Below, in pieces: positions 55,142-64,000 of a DNA stretch of 64,000 nt. Origin of the DNA: Neocallimastix sp. 'constans' (Eukaryota); contig JBODTK010000111.1 of the NCBI GenBank assembly GCA_050613775.1, forward strand, positions 62,001-126,000, given 5' to 3'. How positions within the stretch are numbered: position 1 is the first letter of the stretch; each line of letters begins with the position of its first letter. The notes under the pieces are model-generated. The model ran no database searches. It saw only the letters and a program-made list of their open reading frames with translations, and was not told where the DNA came from. A program made the position numbers and the translations under genes.

Positions 55142-56248
55142 AGTGAAATTTACCAAATAAAATTATAAAATTACAATTTAATTAATAATAAATTACATTT
55201 GTATTAAATTTCATAAAAAATAAAAATAATTTTACATTATAGAATACATTATAAAATAATTTATATATATATAATATTTTTCAATTATAAAATATTTGAA
55301 ATTATCGAAATTTAATCAAATTTAAAGTTCTATAGGCTATGAAAATAAATTTAACAATAATTATAAATTTAAATTAAAATTTGATAATTACCTTATTCAA
55401 CAAATTTCTATTAGTTATAATAATTACCTGCTAATTAATATATTAATATATTATTTAATTATTTATAATAATTTGAATTGAAAAATCTTTAATTATTAAA
55501 AATTTTAAATTTTAAGATAAAAATTATACTCTTTAAACTATTATTGATTTAATAATAATAGATTTAATAAACATTAATAATAATTATAAATTAATATTTT
55601 TAATTCTTATAATTCTCATAAAATCATTTTAACAAAGTTAGGTAATTTCTGCTAAAACTTTTATATAATAGTATTATATAAAAGTTTTAACAGAAATACA
55701 ATCAAAATAAATTAATAAAAAAATATTAATGTAACACAAGATCACTTTATTTTAGATATTATTTAAATCGATTATTATAATTATTATATTATTAAATATA
55801 AAAAAACTTGATTAATTAAATTTCCAAAATATTACAATTGAAAAAAAATTGGTATTATTGTATTACCATAAAATTATCATTAATACTTTAAAATAAAATT
55901 ATATATATATTAAATTATTTAAAAAATTTAACCTTAATATTTTATGATATGTAATTTACTATTATTATTATTTAAATAACAATAATAATAATAGTTAAAT
56001 TTATGAATAACAATTATTTTTATAAAATATATTTTATATTGAATATTATAAATATTTCATTTTAAGTTAAAAATTCGAAACATTATATTTAACAAAAATA
56101 GTTTTTTAATTTATTTATAAATTATAATTATAATATATATAAATTACAAAATTCATTAAAAAATATAAATAATATTTATAATTTATACAAAAATCCCATT
56201 TTAAAAGTTATTATATAACATTCATTTCTTTTAATATATTATTTTTAT

Positions 56249-57833
56249 TTAATCCTCCATTGTATCATCATCATTTTTGGCATTTAAGGTATTAGTTGCT
56301 ATCCCATTTTTTAATTTCTTTTCCAATAATGTTATTTCTTCTAATGATGTAGCATTTTTTATCATTTCTTTAATTTTCTCTGCTTCTTCTGGTGATGGTC
56401 CTTGATAAGGTCTTGCTTCTTTCTTTGGCATTTCTCCTGGTTCAAATGTCTTTACTAATGTTTTTCTTAATTCTTTACCCTGCTCACTATTAAATAACTT
56501 TTTTGCTTCATCTTTTTCCTTTAGTTTTATATTTTATTAACCATTATTTTAATATTTTTTTAATAAAATTTTATTGTGAAAGCATTAATAATGAAATTAT
56601 TATCTTTAATTTGTATATATAACATTAAAGATGATCATTGAAATAAAATTATTTAAATATCAAAATAATATATATTAGAAATGTTGCTTACAATTGCCCT
56701 AACTTTTTTAAAATCAAGCATCCTAAGACTTGGACATCTGTTTATAACAAATAATCTATAATATTTTTTAGTAACAACAGGATTATCCATCAAACTTAAA
56801 TACTTTAAATTCTTCATATCGCCTAATACATCTAAATCTCCCAATTCTTGAATTTGATTATTAGTTAATATTAAACTTTCTAAATTTGGAAGTGTTTTTG
56901 GTAAATTTAAATCTATTCTTGAAATTCTATTATTAATTGCAATAATGCCTTTAAGTCTTTTCATATATGGGAAATTTTCTAATTTTCCAATTTCATTATC
57001 TGAAAAATTAATTACATCATTTAGATCCTGTTATGTTATATATATTACATATTTATTAAGGAAATTTATATCATAAATAATACTTTAATTAATATAGCTA
57101 TTCAATTTCTCCATTATTATTGTAATTCTTATATAAATTAATATTTTATATAAATATATTAACATTAATATACTTTTGTCACAGCAATATTTTCAATTCT
57201 TGATATTTTCAATCCTATTTAATAAAATATATACATTAATTAACAAATTTATTATAAAATTTTTAATGTAAAATGTAATTATCTTATATTTTTTTTCTCT
57301 TTCTTTTTCTTTAAATTAAATTTGAATTTTAGTACATATATGTATATCACTAATAGTATAACGATAATAGCAAAAACAATAATTTATAATAAGTTTTTTA
57401 TTAATTTTTTCTCTTTCGTTTTCATTGAATTATGTCTGAATTATAGTATAGTATATATGTATATCGTTAATAGTATTATAACAATAATAGCAATAACAAT
57501 AATTTATAAGTTTTTAATTAATTTTTTCTCTTTCTTTTTCATTGAATTAAGTCTGAATTATAATATATATGTATCTCACTAATTGTATAACAATAATAGT
57601 AATAACAATAATTTATAAGTTTTTTAATTAATGAAGTAATTTAATTATTAAATATAATTTAAAAATCTAAAAATGATATTGTGTATTGCGTAAAAATATA
57701 ACAATAAATACAATTTAATTTAACAATTAATTTAAAATTATAAATATATTTCACCTGTAAGATCTAATTCACGATCTTTTATTGGATTAATATATGATTC
57801 TGCACTTTCAATAACTTCATAATTTAATTTCAT
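56249..57833 (-). CDS. LEA1: U2 snRNP protein A' (leucine-rich repeat), 4 exons
   Basis: Exons 57833-57755, 57214-57174, 57027-56692 and 56518-56249 give MKLNYEVIESAESYINPIKDRELDLTGLKISRIENIAVTKDLNDVINFSDNEIGKLENFP...LILTNNQIQELGDLDVL...YRLFVINRCPSLRMLDFKKV...TFEPGE...IKNATSLEEITLLEKKL, which matches SNRPA1/Lea1. Confidence 0.95.
57325..57630. repeat. About 2.5 imperfect copies of a ~115-125-bp unit in U2A' intron 1
   Basis: ATATATGTAT...AATAGCAA(T/A)AACAATAATTTATAA...TTTTTTCTCTTTC..TTTCATTGAATTA recurs. Confidence 0.75.
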
Positions 57834-58159
57834 TATTCTTTGTGCTAATATCTTTGGAAAAGTATCATTTAAAATAATGAAAAAGAAAATATTAAAATTG
57901 GTATATATACTAATTTTAATAATAATTTTAATATTAATATAGATCATGTGATATCTATTAATTATACATTTATACATTTATAATGTAAAACAAATTATTA
58001 TTACAAAATGGATGATTTATATTTATTAAATTTTAATACAAAATATGACAAATATATTTGTATTATAAATATTACAAATAACCTAAGAAAACTTTCAGAT
58101 GTCTTAAACATAAAATATACAATTAATATATATATATTAATTTTTATTTATGAAGATAA

Positions 58160-60748
58160 TTTTTTTTTTTTTTTTTAGACTAGGAAGAGAATACACTTCA
58201 AGTACTTTATTAAATAGATTAATATATTTTTATGTATTACATTAAAAAAAATTCATTATATAATTTAAAGATAAAAATAAAAAGTATTTAAAAGATTAAG
58301 TAAAATAAAAAAATAATAAAAAATAAAAAAAGACAATTTTTTTTTTATCTTTATTAATTAAATATTTGATAAAATACATGTAATAAAAAGAAAAAAAGAT
58401 AAAAAAATAAACAAAAAAAAAAAAAAAAAAAAAAAAAAACAGAATAAAATAAAATAATGGTATAATGTATTCTAATTTCATTTAATTAATATTAGTAAGA
58501 CTTTACGAGGGCATTATTATACTGTAGTATAATAATTATTTTTGACTTCACAATGTTAATCATAATTTTAAGATACGAAATTATGATCTTCATTGGTTGC
58601 GCTAGCCCTGCTGGCCTGTCTTACTGTTTCTTCAGCATTGATACTCTTGGTAGTAGTAGTACGATTCGATTTGAACCTATTGAACAAAGACCATTGCTGG
58701 CCAATAGCAATAGGTATAATCGATTGAAGAAGAGCTGCAGTAACCACCAAGAATGGTGTATCAGAATAAGCATCTGATTTCATCTGGCACTTAAATAGAT
58801 CCTTCCATTCCCTTGTACTGTTATTAATACTTCTTCCTCCAAGAAGGAAATTAAACACTTTTTCACACACTCTAGAATCAACATACACATTATTTTCAAT
58901 ACTATTACTAACATTACTAAAAATACTATTAATAATAATATTATAACTATTATTACTATAATATAACTATTATTAATAATATTAATTATTACTATTACTA
59001 TTATCATTATTACTATTAACGATATCATTTGTTAGGTTGCCACAGTTAAAAGCGTTATATAAAAATAAAAATTTATCATTGACTTTACTACGAATATGAT
59101 TGAAAAATGGACAATCAATTAACCAATACTTTATCCATTGTTTATTACTTTTACAACAGGGTCAAAAATTAGGACACACTTGATCTATTATTTTTGCATT
59201 TTTTAGCAATTCTAGCATCTAATCTATATCCGTTTCGTGCTCTCAATAGCCAATAGAAACCATATAAAAGATCAGGATATCCATAACATAGTTTTATAAA
59301 ATCCGATGTTTCTTCGAATCTGTTTTTGTCATAAATTCAGCTTTAATAGAATTGATTTTCATATCTCTTTTCCAATAAAAATCCTTGATTTTTTTATCGT
59401 TACTACCTCTTTTCTCTAGTTTACGTTTAAGAGTTCTTCTTTCTTTCGTCCAAGTATATTTTCTAGATTTTGGAATATTATTAAATAATAGGAAATGATA
59501 CGATTTGAATCTTTCCATTTTTCAAAACATTTGATTTGAGACAAAGCACACTTAGCTGACAATGGAGGAATATTTAAATCTTTTGAAATGGATAATTTGA
59601 AAAATTTTAAATTTATCTACTTTTGCTGTTGTTTTAAGCCATTTCCAAGCTTTCTTTAGATTATGAGATTTTATATATTCACATACTGTATTAATCCAAT
59701 GTTGATATTCAGCTTTCCTATAAATATTACACATATGATGAATAATTTTGCTCATTCTATTATATTTTTCAATTAATTCTTCAAATTCATCTAAATTATA
59801 ATTAGAACCTCTTCTTTTAATGGCTTTATATTATTTCATTTTGACTTTTATTTTTACCTCTGACATTGATGTGATATTAAGTTCTTTTGTAATATTGAAT
59901 GATGTTGATATAAATTTTTTAGAAACATCATCAATACTAATATCAGGATATGGAATCACTAAAATAGTTATTGATTCTTTTTCATTTACATTTTAATCTA
60001 TCTCATTTAACTGTCTTTTTAGGCAGAGAGAAAGAATTATCTGAATTATCTAATGAAAAACATTTACTTTTTATTAATAAGGGCTTATGATCCGAAATAG
60101 GGAGAAAGTCAATAAAAGTACCATATGAAAGTTAATCCAACATATTATCATTGACATCGCATGATCTATATCAGATTCTCTATTATCTCTACTCCATGAA
60201 ATTGAGGAGCCCCATAAGAGAAGAATTTTCTAATTACTAAATTTGGAGAGCAAATTACCTAATTTTTTAGAGGTAAATTAAAATCACCAACCAACATTGA
60301 AGGATGAGAAGAGTGACTACTTAACCAAGACAAAATTTCAATTCTAGCAACTCTAGCATGAAGTCTATGGCCACTATGAGGTACGTACACATTACCAATA
60401 AAACATTTAGTTAAAAAAAAAAAAAAAAAAAAAATAGACTTGCATATAATGGGTACCCATCTCCCAATATGGCCATACAGTTATTAATTAACTGTAAGAT
60501 AATGAGTTATTGAAATTATAATTATACAATGAAATAATATACTCAGAAGTGTTGTTTTCAAGAGAGGCTTGATAAAAATTATGAAAACCTATGAAAAGTC
60601 CTCTTTTACCGGGAATTTCATTATTAGCTTTTTTATTTTGAAGAAATGTTTATAGTTTTTTAATGATACTCAACATGGATATTTACAATTGGAACCTGAA
60701 CCATTTCCTGTTTCTTGATAGCATAAGAAAAGTGGTTTATACATTGAA

Positions 60749-60751
<3 letters not shown>
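58160..60751 (-). mobile_element. Degraded non-LTR retrotransposon (LINE copy A): APE endonuclease remnant plus ORF2 C-terminus, RT core deleted
   Basis: Poly-A tail (T-run 58160-58176) and a 3' terminal motif shared with copy B. APE motifs on the minus strand are KPLFLCYQET, NVYVPH, LVGDFN and ISDHKPL. C-terminal fragments (DLNIPPLS, YTWTKE, FLLGG) are homologous to copy B. Many stops and frameshifts. Confidence 0.85.
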
Positions 60752-60793
<42 letters not shown>

Positions 60794-62822
60794 CAGGGAA
60801 GAGAATACACTTCCAAAACTTTATTAAATTTTATTTTAAAAAATACATGTAGGTGAAAAGTACATTTGAAATTAAAAATAAAAAATTAAAAAATAAAAAA
60901 ATAAAAAAGCTCGAAAATACTATGTATTTCGGCAAGTTGTACTATGCGGGAATTTTTCCCTTATTAACAAATAAAAAAGAAATAAAACCTAGAAGTAACA
61001 TCTTTAAAATAGATAGTGTGGTGTCCACTAAACTCTCCCCGGATTCATCATTTATTGAACTACTAGGGCAAGATTCATCCTTCGTAGAAATAGATAACGA
61101 TCCTGTATTATCATTATGCCTTATCAGTACGACGTCGACGCTCTTGGATAAGTTTGGTATTTTGCAATACCTATCAAATAATAGCTCAAACGAACTACTA
61201 ATGATAGGTATTGCACTTGTTAAGAATTCCGCCAAGCCCACAATTTTTGGAACAGGTGACTCAGATGAACCTTTGAAAAGTAGTTTATTTAATTGTCTCT
61301 GTTCCCCACTATCGAAATGTAGCTCATTTAAAACTAAAGTCCCACCAAGAAGGAACAAGTATATATAATGATTGATATAATCTTCAAAATTAGAAATAGA
61401 GTCATAGGAAGAAAGAGGATTAAACGCTCTAATCTTCCTAAGGAATAAAACATAGATATCATCGATGAAATTTAAAGAATTCCATCTAAAAGATGCAAGA
61501 GCATCGCATTTAAAAATCCAATGTTCAAAAGATTGTTTATCTTCGCCACAACAGGGGCAAGACTTGGGACAATCTTCTGAAACTCTACCCATTCTAATAG
61601 CAGCAGTAGTATTGTATTTATAACCACAGCGTAGACGTATAATCCACGAAAACCCTAAGTTGAATTGGGGATATTTTAAGCTAAGCATAATTATAGCTTT
61701 ATTGTTTGAGAACTTATTACAATCGTAATTTTGACCTTTAATACCTTGAAATTTGGCAACTGATTTCCAGTAACGTTCTAAAATATCGTCATATTTTTCA
61801 CATTTATATTTTTTGATTTTTTTATACAGTGTTCTAGATTCTTTAGTCCAGGAATAATAATGCATTTTGGGAATAGATTTAATAAGATCCTTTATAATAC
61901 AGTTTGATTTACTCCATTTTGCAAATGATTTAATCTGTAAGGCTGCGCAGACACCAGAAATAGGAGGAATACTTAGATCTCGAGATAAAGCATAAGTACT
62001 CATAGTAGAATTATGTCTAATATAGTCATTGTCTTCTGAACTTGTTTTACCATTTTTAGAGAATGAGCCGATACACCAAAATAGACCAGTATTAATTAAT
62101 GTTTGAATTCTGGCCGTTCTAGATTTGTTTGAACCAAGTAAAGGAGAATAATAAATTACTTTACTAATAACAAAAGATTGAAGAACTTTTTTCTTGTATG
62201 CAATAGGGATAAGTTTATTTGAGAAGAAATGTGTAAATGAAAGAAGGGATTTTCTAACTTTAAAATGCATGTGAGATATAATGTGTTCTAGTAAGAGATC
62301 ATCAGAAAAAAGGAATACCAAGATAAATATAACTAGACACTTTAGGAATAGCATTCATTCCTAAATAGAAGGTTGGGTCACTATAGTTTGGAGGAGATTG
62401 GAAGTTCATTGGTTTTATAACCATAGTTGCACATTTTTCAATACCAAAAGTCATTTCATTTAAATTAGCCCATCTATGTACCTTTTTTAATAATTTTTCT
62501 AAATTTTTTGCACTTGGAGCAATGAGAACAACATCATCAGCAAAGAGTCCACCACAACATTTTTTTCTTCCAATATTAACACCATATTTTTCACAATCAT
62601 TTAATATATCATTGATGAATAAATTGAATAAGATCGGAGATAATGGACAACCTTGACGAACACCTCTTTTAATAGGAAATTCATTTGATAACATTGAAGC
62701 AAATCGAGCACGAGCTTTAGATGAAGTATATAAATTACATAGAAAATCAAAACATTTAGCACGTACTCCATAATGATATAATTTAGTAAGAATGTTAAAA
62801 ATAGGAACTGAATCATAAGCTT
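60752..62822 (-). mobile_element. 5'-truncated LINE (copy B): RT domain plus C-terminal cysteine/histidine knuckle
   Basis: RT motifs are KAYDSV, RGVRQGCPLSPILFNLFI, GLFADD and YLGI. The knuckle is CPCCGEDKQSFEHWIFKC. There is one frameshift in a homopolymer near 62306-62311, a poly-A tail at 60752-60790, and a candidate TSD TTGAAATA (60744-60751 / 62823-62830). Confidence 0.93.
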
Positions 62823-63423
62823 TTGAAATAAAGAATATATATTAATTATTATTTATGATTCATATGGAAATTATAAAAAATTTTTAAAACTAAATTTAAA
62901 CTTGTATTTAATTATTAACAAATATATTCCTTTAATATTATGAAATTATTTTATTTTTTATTTCATGTTTTCTTAGGTTTATTAAAATAAAACCATAAAA
63001 TATTCAATTAATATATATATTAATTTATATTTATGAAGATAAAAATTATATATTGATATTTTTTACATTAAATTTACACCAAATAAAACTAAATTTAAAT
63101 ATTTAATAGATTTAAATATTTAATAGATTTAAAAATTTAATTGATTTTTTAAAAAAAACTTTTTATATTATTTAATTTTAATTTTACTTTGTTTTTATTT
63201 ATTATAGCAATATGCTCATTTATTTTATTATATATAAATATTTTAATAATAATAATATATTTATTTTTAATTATATTAACATTATTTATTACATTATTTT
63301 TATATAATTATTCAAATAATAATATATTTTAATTTTTAATTAATAATTTAGGCTTTTGTAGTATTTAGTTTTTTAATAATTATCTTTTTTTTTTTTTTTT
63401 TTTTTTTTTTTGTTAATCTAAAT

Positions 63424-63884
63424 TTAATTATCGGACTTTGGTTTGTGATCAATGGCCCTATTTTTCAATAATAGATATATGTTATTATAATTAGCATTTA
63501 TAATTATTTTTACTGTAAATTATTGAAATTAAATGAATATTAAAAATTATAAATATCTTACATTAAAGTACCACAGAATGTCATAATCTAATATTGAATA
63601 AATATTAATGTTAATTAATAATAATATTATTATAATATAATATTTTTTCTAATAAATTTAATCTTACCATCTTTGGTTTAACTTCAATAATATCTTCTGG
63701 AAGAAGGAAAATGGATGCACCAAGCTTTCTAGCAATCTATATATAATTAAAATTATAAATTATTATCAATTATTCAATTAAAAATTATAAACAATTAATT
63801 TATAGTATATATTTTTTAATTTTTATATTATTTTTAATTTTCTTACAGAAATAGCATATTTAGCATTTGATTGTTGTTCTTCCT
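63424..63884 (-). CDS. SAC6: Fimbrin/plastin, 3' exons (last calponin-homology domain); gene continues beyond the right edge
   Basis: Exons 63884-63847, 63736-63668, 63587-63562 and 63457-63424 give EEQQSNAKYAISIARKLGASIFLLPEDIIEVKPKMIMTFCGTLMAIDHKPKSDN*, the fimbrin CH4 signature. Confidence 0.93.
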
Positions 63885-64000
63885 CTGTTTATATTATTTA
63901 TATTTATACAAGTAAATTTATTTAGAAGATATAGAAAAAAATAGAAAAAAATACTTTTTATTTTGTTAAATATTTTATGTTTATATTGTGTATAAATCTC

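Overview
Extremely AT-rich, intron-containing eukaryotic DNA with long poly-A/T runs and (AAT)n, (TAAA)n and (TA)n microsatellites. The composition and gene content suggest an anaerobic gut fungus (Neocallimastigomycota); this is inference. I reconstructed seven spliced genes by hand from GT-AG junctions: a partial cyclin-like protein, a VIT1/CCC1-family iron transporter of the bacterial/VTL type, a C2/MUN (Munc13-like) protein, an FGxF-repeat Laa2/aftiphilin-like AP-1 accessory protein, a Mei2-like RRM protein, U2A' (SNRPA1/Lea1) and the 3' end of fimbrin. There is also an intronless ~2050-aa orphan ORF. Features the ORF track misses include a well-supported RNase MRP RNA gene (~47008-47400), an unidentified ~170-nt structured RNA candidate (~26572-26745), two fold-back MITEs, and a nested pair of APE/RT LINE retrotransposons flanked by a ~50-bp direct repeat. 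I found no convincing novel multi-gene system. The best leads are the unidentified structured RNA, the hairpin-rich island at 22.8-23.9 kb and the poly-A-type 3' splice sites.
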